Below, one piece after another: positions 28,493 through 36,695 of a DNA stretch of 64,000 nucleotides; the stretch's first letter is position 1, and each line of letters opens with the position of its first letter. Both the position numbers and the translations under genes were made by a program. The notes below the pieces were generated by a model. That model had not been told where the DNA came from and did not search any database. It saw only the letters and a list, made by a program, of their open reading frames with translations. Origin of the DNA: a virus. The stretch lies in the IMG/VR virus record IMGVR_UViG_3300046492_000369, positions 1 through 64,000 of that record, one strand, 5' to 3'.

Positions 28493-28846
28493 TTAGGCAG
28501 CGATTTTCTCAAGGGTGAATGGATGGACATCACGGCCAAACAGCACCGCTTTGCCTCTTAATGTATTGATCTGATGGGTGACCGGCTCTAGATGAGCCGG
28601 GTTAACGCAACAACGAGTACTACAGCGATGGTCGAGCAACAGTCCTTCCGGGATGGGACCAACCAGTGCTTCATAGGCCAGCCGATGGGCCATACGCTCA
28701 TCGCCATCATGGAACAGCCTGCCATAGCCATTGCGGTTCAATCGAGCGACCCACACCCAGCACTCGCCAACAGGGGCAAGTACCAGTACGGGAACCACCC
28801 GATCAAGGATCTTCTCGATGAGCCTTTCTCGATGGGTGTGGGTCAT
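28493..28846 (-). CDS. HNH endonuclease (zinc-binding HNH_3 type)
   Basis: ECWVW...NGYG...AHRLAYE...LDHRCSTRCCVNPAHLEPVTHQIN. Confidence 0.9.
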   Translation of the reverse strand: MTHTHRERLIEKILDRVVPVLVLAPVGECWVWVARLNRNGYGRLFHDGDERMAHRLAYEALVGPIPEGLLLDHRCSTRCCVNPAHLEPVTHQINTLRGKAVLFGRDVHPFTLEKIAA

Positions 28847-28852
28847 GATGTC

Positions 28853-29221
28853 CTACCCGTTAAGAATGGCTGTGACGTGGACGACCTTCGAGATGATCAG
28901 GCCTACTCCGGCAATACGGTGCTGATAATTGGCATCCATGCAGCGGATATGCGCTAGTACTGCTTTGTGCAGCGACTGACCATCATTGATGAAGCCAGAA
29001 TTGAAATCGACTTGGCCGGGTGGTGGGGGTTCTCCCACGTACACGGCTTCAGCAATCCGGGTGTAGATGTTCCCATCCCAGAATTCAGTGGGGATCTCAT
29101 CGATCGGTGGTAGCAACCTCTGTGTACCTCGCCAGAATTCCAGCTCGGTGATCGAATCCAAATCAGCTTGGGTGATATTCCATGGCTTAGGGGGTTCAGG
29201 TGCTTTCTTCTTGGCTTTCAT
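28853..29221 (-). CDS. hypothetical protein
   Basis: ATGA-coupled ORF. Confidence 0.7.
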   Translation of the reverse strand: MKAKKKAPEPPKPWNITQADLDSITELEFWRGTQRLLPPIDEIPTEFWDGNIYTRIAEAVYVGEPPPPGQVDFNSGFINDGQSLHKAVLAHIRCMDANYQHRIAGVGLIISKVVHVTAILNG

Positions 29222-29901
29222 GAGTCATCCTTACGTGCGAGCTGGGCGGCACGCTCTGATACCTTTGGGTCAAGCGCGATTTCTTCTCGCCATGCGATCA
29301 AACGAGCTAGCGATCCCCGTGCATCGTTCTCGTCCCAAGGGAGTTCACCCGACACTACGCAGGCATCCGTTACGGCGTCATACCACTGCTTATAGCGCGC
29401 GAGCTGGGCTTGAACTTGAGCCAACGCCTTTTCGGATTCTGCTGCATGCCGTTGCTCATACTCCTTGGCCTGATGTGCACTGGCTAACTGGGCGCGCAGG
29501 TCGGCAGCTGTCTGCTCTAGCTCGATGCAATACAAGCTGGTCGCCTTCGAGATCGGACAGGCTTGCTGCTGGGCGCTATATGCTGCGATGGCGTCGAGGG
29601 CGTCGAGGGCGTACTGGCGCATCTGACGTGCGGTGTAGTACGGATCGCCTGCTTTCCCGAATACGCTTGTAAAGCGCAGCGTGTGGTCCGGCAGCGGCGG
29701 CAGTCCCTCGTCGCTCCCATGCGCAGCAACAGCGGAGGATGGGGCGGTGCGGCGGGCGGCTTGCCATGCTTCCCATAACTCGCAAACGTAATGATCCGTG
29801 TACGAGTCCCCTTCGCGTTCAGATTTCGGGCCAACCCTGTCATTCAGGCCAAGCCACGCCTCAAACGCTGCCCGCTCGGCTTCGATGTTCAGATTGCTCA
29901 T
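29218..29901 (-). CDS. hypothetical modular protein, temperate-phage style
   Basis: ATG 29901 (ATGA overlap, AAAGGA); ERAAFEAW..WEAWQAAR and LPPLP..YTARQMRQYA modules, coiled coil. Confidence 0.7.
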   Translation of the reverse strand: MSNLNIEAERAAFEAWLGLNDRVGPKSEREGDSYTDHYVCELWEAWQAARRTAPSSAVAAHGSDEGLPPLPDHTLRFTSVFGKAGDPYYTARQMRQYALDALDAIAAYSAQQQACPISKATSLYCIELEQTAADLRAQLASAHQAKEYEQRHAAESEKALAQVQAQLARYKQWYDAVTDACVVSGELPWDENDARGSLARLIAWREEIALDPKVSERAAQLARKDDS

Positions 29902-30248
29902 TGCTGTCCTTTCTCGCCCGACTCCGGGGCGGGGGTTCTCTGCTGATTCATTGCCGCCAGAATCTCGTCCTGGCGGGCCTTCATGAAGTCCGCGATGGTC
30001 TGCTGGATGTCCAGAAACTCGCACTTGGTCCGGCTGTGCTGCAATGTGTAGCCGCGCCGCGCCATGAACCACAGGAACACATCGATGGTGTAGATGTGTG
30101 CGTCACGCCAAGTGATGGCCTTAGTGCCGTCGTGCGCATGGACCAGTCCGTGGATCGTCTTGAACAGGTCTTTCTGGTCGTGGAAGTCGCGCATGAACTC
30201 CGGGAGGTATTCAGCGGAATCCAGCCACGCCCGCAGGTCGCGCGTCAC
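29898..30248 (-). CDS. conserved hypothetical phage protein
   Basis: GTGA overlap; YLPEFMRDFHDQKDLFK...HIYTIDVFLWFMARRGYTLQ. Confidence 0.75.
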   Translation of the reverse strand: MTRDLRAWLDSAEYLPEFMRDFHDQKDLFKTIHGLVHAHDGTKAITWRDAHIYTIDVFLWFMARRGYTLQHSRTKCEFLDIQQTIADFMKARQDEILAAMNQQRTPAPESGEKGQQ

Positions 30249-31030
30249 TTCGCACCGCCTTCCTGACCTGCTGCGCCCACAGCGGCGGCTCTGACCCCGC
30301 TGAGCAAACGCGCGTTGAGGTAGCCGTTGGCATCCTTGACCCGTACAAACACACGGTGCGCGTCCTTCTCGCCGTCTTTCACCTGATGCGACAGCGCGCC
30401 CCATACGTAGTAGCCGACGACGGTATGCTCGACCCATGCGTCTTGGCGAGCGAGGTGGATCAGCACTTTCGACCCAACTGGCGGCAGCAAGTCGCCCTCT
30501 ACCGGCTCCACTTCACCCGCATTGGCGGCAGCAGGCGCAGGGGCGGCTCGCTGGGCGAGCACTTCGCGCGCAAACTTCAGGATTGCATTCAATGGACCGC
30601 CGAAACTCAACCAACGGCTCTGTACCCGGTTGAAAATCTGCACAATCTTTTCGTCGGTCACTACTTCTATATGCTGTGCAGCCGAAGGGTTGGGGGATGG
30701 GGCGACGAACTTAGTAACTGCCTCGCGCACCTTCCGTGCTACGTCTTCACCTTTACCGATATAGCGCCATACTTCAGAGTTTCCTTCGCGGACAAGGCTC
30801 TGTGAAAAACTAGTAGTATCCAGTTCTTCAGCAACCATGCGAAGGATTTCATAAAGCTCGCGCGCTGCCGTGGTGGCCGCTTGCTGTGCAGTAGTGGCGC
30901 GGCGCGCGAGGGCGATCATTTCACGCAATTTGTCTGACGCACTGTACTGAAAGTTACCTTCCAACTGATCAGCGATTGCTTCCAGCTTGTCCAGGTCGAT
31001 GCCTCCCGGTTCGGTAGTGTGTTTGCTCAT
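30245..31030 (-). CDS. hypothetical modular protein, Ead/Ea22-style
   Basis: ATG 31030 after GAGGA; IDLDKLEA start, Ala/Pro linkers, SH3-like C-terminal module. Confidence 0.65.
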   Translation of the reverse strand: MSKHTTEPGGIDLDKLEAIADQLEGNFQYSASDKLREMIALARRATTAQQAATTAARELYEILRMVAEELDTTSFSQSLVREGNSEVWRYIGKGEDVARKVREAVTKFVAPSPNPSAAQHIEVVTDEKIVQIFNRVQSRWLSFGGPLNAILKFAREVLAQRAAPAPAAANAGEVEPVEGDLLPPVGSKVLIHLARQDAWVEHTVVGYYVWGALSHQVKDGEKDAHRVFVRVKDANGYLNARLLSGVRAAAVGAAGQEGGAK

Positions 31031-31034
31031 GGTG

Positions 31035-31244
31035 TTATTCCTCGCTGGCTTTCTCGGTGTTGCTGGCGGCGGTGCGCCGGACTTCGCGCTCGATGGCGCG
31101 GGCAAATTTGAGCCATCCGGGCGGTAGTCGCTTCGGAACTTCGTGCGTGATTGAGCCGAGCGCGGCCAAAATTTGCTCGTCGGTCAGCTCGCCCGGTACC
31201 TCTGCGCTCTGCTGCGGTGCTGGTGGGACAGGTGTTGTCATCAC
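31035..31244 (-). CDS. hypothetical protein
   Basis: SD AAAGGA; LTDEQI...FARAIE motif. Confidence 0.65.
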   Translation of the reverse strand: MMTTPVPPAPQQSAEVPGELTDEQILAALGSITHEVPKRLPPGWLKFARAIEREVRRTAASNTEKASEE

Positions 31245-31266
31245 AGTTCCTTTCTTGGTTTAAGGT

Positions 31267-32208
31267 TTAAAACAAGGCTTCAGCATGCATACCCAACCAC
31301 TTCTGCATGTCTGCATCGTTGACCAGCTCTTTGTTGCGACCCAGCACCATCCTTACGCACACCACTTGGAATTCCAGTGGCAGGCGCTTGATGTACTTCA
31401 TCAGTGGGTTGATGTTCACCTTGTTGATCTTGTCCGCAATGCTACCGGACAGAGCAAACAGGATGCTTGGCTCACCTGGTACCTGGATCGATTCAGGATT
31501 GGCCATGATCTCGGCTACCGTGGGCAACTGGTCGAAGATCTTGCAGTAGCTGAGAAATTCCCGTGCCACGCCTTCGGACAGGGTACCAGCCAACAGCGGC
31601 AGCATGTCGGCGTCGTTGGCGTCCATGATCTTCAGGAAGCTATCCGCAAATTCCCATGTCCGTGGCGAAGCATAGGTACGATCCGAGTGGTCTGGCTTGA
31701 AGGTGTACAACAACGTAGGTCGGAACTCCATGAAGCTGATGATGCGGTGGTCAAGACCAGTAGCAGACGCCCACTGTACCCATTCAACAGGATTAACCAC
31801 CATTTCCATGTGCACGATACGCGACTGCAGTGCAGTGCTCATCTGCTCGACGATGGCTCCATCGGTTTCTAGGTTACCAGCACAGACTACCGCCACATTC
31901 TTATGCAGGTTGTACTTGCCCACCATCCGATCGAGCACGACCTTGTAAGACGCGGCTTGAACGGCGACCGAAGCACTGTTGAACTCATCCAGGAACAGCA
32001 ACCAACCATTATAAGCTTGGCCATTTTCTGGATTAATAGGTAATGAGTCACCTTCAATAGGAAAAGTGTCCATTGGCAAATACCCGGCACGATTACCTTG
32101 TATATTAGGAAATCCGAGGATATCTGTAGGGTCACATTGAGAAAGACGTAAATCAATCAATTTAAGATTATATTCACGCGCTATTTGATGCACGATTCCT
32201 GACTTACC
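31267..32208 (-). CDS. MoxR-type AAA+ ATPase (N4 gp24-like), exon 2
   Basis: begins GKS (second half of Walker A), IDLRLSQCDPTD, LLFLDEFNSA (Walker B), AGN, STALQSR, SPRTW; join(33213..33091,32208..31267) gives 354 aa. Confidence 0.92.
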   Translation of the reverse strand, partial: GKSGIVHQIAREYNLKLIDLRLSQCDPTDILGFPNIQGNRAGYLPMDTFPIEGDSLPINPENGQAYNGWLLFLDEFNSASVAVQAASYKVVLDRMVGKYNLHKNVAVVCAGNLETDGAIVEQMSTALQSRIVHMEMVVNPVEWVQWASATGLDHRIISFMEFRPTLLYTFKPDHSDRTYASPRTWEFADSFLKIMDANDADMLPLLAGTLSEGVAREFLSYCKIFDQLPTVAEIMANPESIQVPGEPSILFALSGSIADKINKVNINPLMKYIKRLPLEFQVVCVRMVLGRNKELVNDADMQKWLGMHAEALF

Positions 32209-33090
32209 CTTGGTATTCAAGAGAGTACGTTACCCCCCTCTCCGCTATTAAGCTGCTCATGCTTTCGCATGAGAATAGACTATATCTTCATCTTATACTG
32301 ACATGGCCGACACATAATGTTGGTCTGTCTCAGCGTCGAAGAATCAGTTCTGCATACAAGTTTTGTAGGGCAATTAGAGCAATAAAATTCTACAAAATTA
32401 CGTGGATTTTCATTGATCACTCGAATAAAATTCAAGCCTAATTTTTCCCTGAAAAATTTCTCTGTTACAGCAAACTTGGCAGCACTTGCTGCTTTACTGG
32501 CATTCAGATAGGGTGTTTTACCCATACTAATCGCGTGTAATTGATTTCCTGATTTTGTAGTCCATTCCAGATTGTCTTTCCAATCATGGCCAGGAACCAA
32601 ATCCTTGTGATTTACTTCCACATCATCTGGTCCTTTGACCAGATAAATTTCAGCAACCATTCGGTGTACAAAAAATCGTTCAGTTTTACCTTGTATTGAC
32701 AGAGTAACCCGACGATAGCCTTTTGGCATTACATCGGCTTTTAGTGCAGTACTTTTTCCTTTTCGATATACATTCCCATCTTCTGATACCAGATAAGGCG
32801 TATTTCTGAATTGACGCATATTTTACCTTTTAAGGAGAACCACATACATGGTAGACCTGTTGAGGTAAAAAGTAAAGAGCTTCCCATTTCCACCCACTTG
32901 GGTGTACGGCTTTCGCCTAGTCGTTGAACGTTCACCTATACGGTGCTTCGCTGCTGATTGCCCAATTCTCATACTTTTCAAGCCTTGGCTTTGTCTTTCG
33001 ACGCGCAGTGGCAATGAGACTATCAGGAGTTTCCAGCAATTAGAGAAGTTTGTTTTGACACCTCACGGTGAAAGCTATCTAGTAGAGTCA
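32209..33090 (-). mobile_element. group I intron (IA2-like) with homing endonuclease ORF
   Basis: P AATTGCTGGAAA (33041-33030), Q AATCAGCAGC (32959-32950), R GTTCAACGACTAG (32929-32917), S AAGATATAGTCT (32288-32277); P1 GCTATT/GATAGC with U.G at the splice site; terminal G at 32209; P9 CTCATGC-GAAA-GCATGAG. Confidence 0.93.
32280..32819 (-). CDS. intron-encoded HNH homing endonuclease with C-terminal Cys cluster
   Basis: YLVSEDGNVY..., VHRMVAE...VNHKD...NLEWTT.SGNQLHA, CSNC...C...CRPC. Confidence 0.88.
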   Translation of the reverse strand: MRQFRNTPYLVSEDGNVYRKGKSTALKADVMPKGYRRVTLSIQGKTERFFVHRMVAEIYLVKGPDDVEVNHKDLVPGHDWKDNLEWTTKSGNQLHAISMGKTPYLNASKAASAAKFAVTEKFFREKLGLNFIRVINENPRNFVEFYCSNCPTKLVCRTDSSTLRQTNIMCRPCQYKMKI

Positions 33091-33213
33091 AATAGCTGGT
33101 GAGCCATGAATCATGGCCACACGCTTAGCCTTGATGCAGGCCGTGACCATGCGGATGGCCTGACTGATGGTGACTTTCAGGGTCTGTTGTACTTCGTTGT
33201 CGTTCTTTGCCAT
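33091..33213 (-). CDS. MoxR-type AAA+ ATPase, exon 1 (41 codons, absent from the ORF track)
   Basis: MAKNDNEVQQTLKVTISQAIRMVTACIKAKRVAMIHGSPAI; joins exon 2 in frame to give GSPAIGKS. Confidence 0.9.
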
Positions 33214-33230
33214 GTTGTACTTTCGTTGGT

Positions 33231-33881
33231 TTAGCAGCTGCAGGACAGGAAATTACCCTGATTTTCGTTGTCTACTTTCTGTCCAGTGACGATCTCGTAA
33301 GCAGGCCAGAAGATGTCCGGGTCGATCGAACGTCCTTCAAAACGACCACCTTCGGACCAGTAGTGCCAGCCATCAGCGGCATGTACTTTGGCATGAGCCA
33401 TCAGATCGTCATATTCGACGCCCAGCCGGTCTGCGATGTCCATAATGGTCTGCTTGGCTACAGCCCCTTCTTCACGCACCAGCAGCTTCATCTGGTGCAG
33501 CTGTTCTTCGGTGGCTTGAGGTTCACGCACCTGTTCAGTCTCACCACTGGCCGGGAAGTCCGGGTGTTCCCAGACATGACGCAGGGAGGTGATTTGACGG
33601 GGATACACGATCAGCCAGAAATGCTCACCTTTTTTGATACCACCGCGCTTGATAATAAAGGGATCTACGATACCTACCGTTTTCCAGTCTTCGCCTGTTT
33701 GAGCGTAGTTATATGCTTTACCATCGTGACCAATGCCCACATGTTGCCCAGGCTTCAGGTCACATCCAGCTTCGATGGGTTCTACGCCAAGGTGAATAGC
33801 GTCACGCTTTTCTTGTTGCGTATGAATCATGCCAAGGGTAGCCAAGGCATCGGTGATGGGGGAACGGCTATCTGCGGCCAT
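33231..33881 (-). CDS. conserved hypothetical phage protein ending in CSC
   Basis: ATG 33881; RDAIH...VGIVDPF...ITSLRHVWEHPDF. Confidence 0.75.
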   Translation of the reverse strand: MAADSRSPITDALATLGMIHTQQEKRDAIHLGVEPIEAGCDLKPGQHVGIGHDGKAYNYAQTGEDWKTVGIVDPFIIKRGGIKKGEHFWLIVYPRQITSLRHVWEHPDFPASGETEQVREPQATEEQLHQMKLLVREEGAVAKQTIMDIADRLGVEYDDLMAHAKVHAADGWHYWSEGGRFEGRSIDPDIFWPAYEIVTGQKVDNENQGNFLSCSC

Positions 33882-34053
33882 ATTTTTCTCTCTCTGAAGT
33901 GGGAAGCACCAACGCCAGCATGGTGTTGTGCTTACGTTGTAGTTTGATGAGCCTGCGCAGCTCACTGCTGGGAGTGTTCTTCACACCCCGTTTTTGAAGG
34001 AATGAGATCCGTTGATTAACCTCAACCGGTGTGAATGCCTTCACACCTTTCAT
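33868..34053 (-). CDS. small basic hypothetical protein
   Basis: ATGA overlap with upstream gene. Confidence 0.55.
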   Translation of the reverse strand: MKGVKAFTPVEVNQRISFLQKRGVKNTPSSELRRLIKLQRKHNTMLALVLPTSEREKYGRR

Positions 34054-34847
34054 GGCATGGCCAGAGTTTTCTGGAAAGTTGTCTTAGCTACTTCTTTAGG
34101 CTTGAGACCACCTTCAATAAAGTACTGATGCAGCAGAGTGTTGATCATGCGTACACCAATGGTGTTCTTCTCGTGGTTTTCGGTCAAAACCTTCATGATG
34201 GACGTAACTACCAGATCTTTGCTGACAGTAGGAATCAGAGTCAGATAATGGGCCAGTAGTTTGCTGTTCTCCAGAATATTCTGCATCTGTTCAAGGCTGA
34301 CTTTATCCATTCCATAAGCCAAGCCAACACGACCAAGAAATTCTGTCTTCAAACCGAATTCACGCAGCCTGTCGATCGTAATGTTCTCTTCACCATTGAA
34401 AGCACCAGCAAAGATGAATAAGACATTATCTGTCTTGATGTTATGGTACTTGCCGTAGTCAGCCGAGATGTTGGCCAGTCCTTCAAGCGCTTTCAGGAAC
34501 TCATTCTGCACGCCATTGGTGGTTTCATGGGCCAATGCGGAGTTGGAGTTGCCACTGATGAACAGCTTGTCAAACTCATCAACGAAGCACACCACTGGAC
34601 GGCCACCATACTGCACCAATGGAGCCAGTGCCTTGGACAGGGAATTGCCTGCGGTGCCTTCCTTGGTCAAGCCAGCCGCATTGATCTCAACCATGGGGAG
34701 GTCAAGCTCTTCGCACAGCATGCCGATGTTGTGGCTCTTGCCTGAACCGGAGGGACCGGTGACGATGAAATGCGGACGGATCTCGCCTTCACTGTTGAGG
34801 TAGATGTTAAGGATGCGACGGATGCTGTCGATGGACTTCTGGCTCAC
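34050..34847 (-). CDS. ClpX/HslU-like AAA+ ATPase, truncated form
   Basis: GPSGSGKS, FVDEFDKL, GVQNEFLKALEG, VLFIFAGAF, FGLKTEFLGRV, IGVR; GTG start after AGGAG. Confidence 0.85.
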   Translation of the reverse strand: MSQKSIDSIRRILNIYLNSEGEIRPHFIVTGPSGSGKSHNIGMLCEELDLPMVEINAAGLTKEGTAGNSLSKALAPLVQYGGRPVVCFVDEFDKLFISGNSNSALAHETTNGVQNEFLKALEGLANISADYGKYHNIKTDNVLFIFAGAFNGEENITIDRLREFGLKTEFLGRVGLAYGMDKVSLEQMQNILENSKLLAHYLTLIPTVSKDLVVTSIMKVLTENHEKNTIGVRMINTLLHQYFIEGGLKPKEVAKTTFQKTLAMP

Positions 34848-34857
34848 GGCAATACTC

Positions 34858-35001
34858 CTATTTTTTGGTTTTGGTTCGGTTGATTTGTTGAATATTTAAT
34901 TTTTTAAACATGCGACGAGCTTCGTGCAGGGCTGGTGACATGTGGGTAAGTCCCAGGCGGTAGTGCACGATGTTCCAAGCCCAGCGAATATGGAACCACA
35001 T
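34858..35001 (-). CDS. 47-aa hypothetical protein
   Basis: MWFHIRWAWNIVHYRLG...; TAATG coupling, fills operon gap. Confidence 0.5.
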   Translation of the reverse strand: MWFHIRWAWNIVHYRLGLTHMSPALHEARRMFKKLNIQQINRTKTKK

Positions 35002-35144
35002 TACTGTGCATCCAGCAGTTCTAGTACAGCTTCGCTTACCGCCTGATCATAGGCAGTTAGTACGTCATTGCGACCCCAGCCAGTCTTAGTGGCTAATTTG
35101 GCGGCAAACTTGGCACGAACCAAGTCAAGTAGCTTTTTGTTCAT
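35001..35144 (-). CDS. 47-aa hypothetical protein
   Basis: MNKKLLDLVRAKFAAKLATKTGWGRND...; SD AAGGAG. Confidence 0.6.
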   Translation of the reverse strand: MNKKLLDLVRAKFAAKLATKTGWGRNDVLTAYDQAVSEAVLELLDAQ

Positions 35145-35340
35145 CTTGTAGCTCCTTCAGCAGCGTGTTGTGGTAGATCATCAGCAAGCTGACGATAGAG
35201 TTGGGTGTTTGTAGTGGTAACTGACTTAAAGCAAGGTCAATAACCGACTGAAGGCTGTTCAGTGTGGGGAACAGCCCCATTGGTACCGGACGGACGACCG
35301 GCTGCTCAGTTGACTTAGTTGAACTTGCTTTAGTACTCAT
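35125..35340 (-). CDS. hypothetical protein
   Basis: ATGA coupling, SD GGAGG; PMGLFPT...YHNTLL. Confidence 0.7.
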   Translation of the reverse strand: MSTKASSTKSTEQPVVRPVPMGLFPTLNSLQSVIDLALSQLPLQTPNSIVSLLMIYHNTLLKELQDEQKAT

Positions 35341-35810
35341 GCAGCCTCCAGATCAAAGCCAAGTTGTGCACTCTTTGGAATTGGCTTGCCTTCAGGAGCT
35401 GCATACAGTGCTTGTACCGCCAAACTTTTCTTCTGTGGGTCATCTGAAAGGATCAAGCCAGCACCAATCAGGATGACAGCTAATTGTTCCCTATTGCACT
35501 TCTTCAGGAACACGGAGATGTTGCCTGGTGTCAGTGCCGGGGTATTCAGTATCTGTTCCAGCATGTTCGGGTCAATCTTGTGCTTGTACAGCAACTGGAT
35601 AACCTTATTGGCTTCAGTGTTTACATTGCCAAAGCGTGCTTTCATCGGGCTGTCGATGCCCTTCTCTTCCAACACACGGCCCACGGTGCGGGTGGAGACA
35701 CCAAGAAAACTGGCGATCTCCTTGATCGTCTTGGGCTTGTCTTTGGACGTGTAAATGGTGACGATCGCCTCTTTCTGGGCGTCGGTGATTTTCTTGACAG
35801 GCATGTTCAT
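35337..35810 (-). CDS. HTH DNA-binding protein
   Basis: TIKEIASFLGVSTRTVGRVL; SD GAGG. Confidence 0.8.
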   Translation of the reverse strand: MNMPVKKITDAQKEAIVTIYTSKDKPKTIKEIASFLGVSTRTVGRVLEEKGIDSPMKARFGNVNTEANKVIQLLYKHKIDPNMLEQILNTPALTPGNISVFLKKCNREQLAVILIGAGLILSDDPQKKSLAVQALYAAPEGKPIPKSAQLGFDLEAA

Positions 35811-35915
35811 ACCTCGTTGGTTTATCGGTTGGATATAGTAGAAAAATCAAAAATTTTATTAATTACTATATCGGTTGAGTAGTTTTGGGGAAGTCAGGGA
35901 CACTTGTAAAAACTT

Positions 35916-36206
35916 CTACAAAATCACCCTGTTAGTGAGATTCATACGCTTGGCCATGGGCTCGACCTTCCACGCACCATGGATATTCTGGCTGCCTAGC
36001 AGCCCACCTACACGCAAGGGACGAGGGAAAGCATTGGGGATAATTCTCCGCAGGTTGTCAATCTGGCGGATATCATAAGCAGACAGGAAAGCCATGACTT
36101 CCTTGCCAGAGTACTTGGCCAATGTTTCAACTGTCTGGCTTCCCGGATCTTCCGGATTGTTAGCCACGAACTGGGCAATCTTGATCAGCAGAGTTTGATA
36201 CAGCAT
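35916..36206 (-). CDS. hypothetical protein
   Basis: ATG 36206 after AAGGA. Confidence 0.6.
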   Translation of the reverse strand: MLYQTLLIKIAQFVANNPEDPGSQTVETLAKYSGKEVMAFLSAYDIRQIDNLRRIIPNAFPRPLRVGGLLGSQNIHGAWKVEPMAKRMNLTNRVIL

Positions 36207-36226
36207 GAATATTGTTATTCCTTGGT

Positions 36227-36643
36227 TTAAAGATGTTCCCCACACTTGGGGCAACCGCACATATAACGCTGTGCTTCGTTCATGAAAGCGCCACAGTGGT
36301 GGCAGTTGGAGAGCTTCTTGACCTTGGGTACCGATCGAATATCCAAGCCAGTGTCCACCAGTGCATCACTCTGCTGGCACAAGTTGGTATCCACCGTCGG
36401 ACGTACCCGCTCGTCAATGTATTCCTTGGGCCAAGGTACATCGGTGGGACGACGATAATGCATGGCCTGAGCCAGTTCAGCATCAATGACCAAGGCTTCA
36501 TTCAGGTTAGTGGTGTAGCCTTCATAGCCCTGCCTCCACCACACCATGCAGTTACCGAGATAAGTACGACTGTCTTGCAGGTAGAACTGTCTCACGCTAC
36601 CTCCTGTGGGAATCTGTGGGAAAAAATAGGGGAGAGCAGCCAT
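36227..36643 (-). CDS. hypothetical protein with C-terminal zinc ribbon
   Basis: ATG 36643 after GAGGAG; YLQDSR..GN...WW...GYTTNL..A; CHHC...CPKC. Confidence 0.75.
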   Translation of the reverse strand: MAALPYFFPQIPTGGSVRQFYLQDSRTYLGNCMVWWRQGYEGYTTNLNEALVIDAELAQAMHYRRPTDVPWPKEYIDERVRPTVDTNLCQQSDALVDTGLDIRSVPKVKKLSNCHHCGAFMNEAQRYMCGCPKCGEHL

Positions 36644-36695
36644 GTAGGCTCCTCTCCTCCAACTCACCCACCGCCCGGAGCGGCGGATGCCCTAA

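Noticed and set aside
32209-32220. TTG start at 32220 for the AAA ATPase
   Set aside because: Would give half a Walker A; these bases are the intron 3' end
32741-33102. Short ORFs 32741-32935, 32823-33014 and 32902-33102
   Set aside because: They overlie the ribozyme core of the intron
36671-36686. CCGCCC-GGA-G(C)GGCGG hairpin after RNAP II subunit 2 as a vRNAP promoter
   Set aside because: Bulge next to the loop and no ATA(T/C) element; may be a pause or processing hairpin
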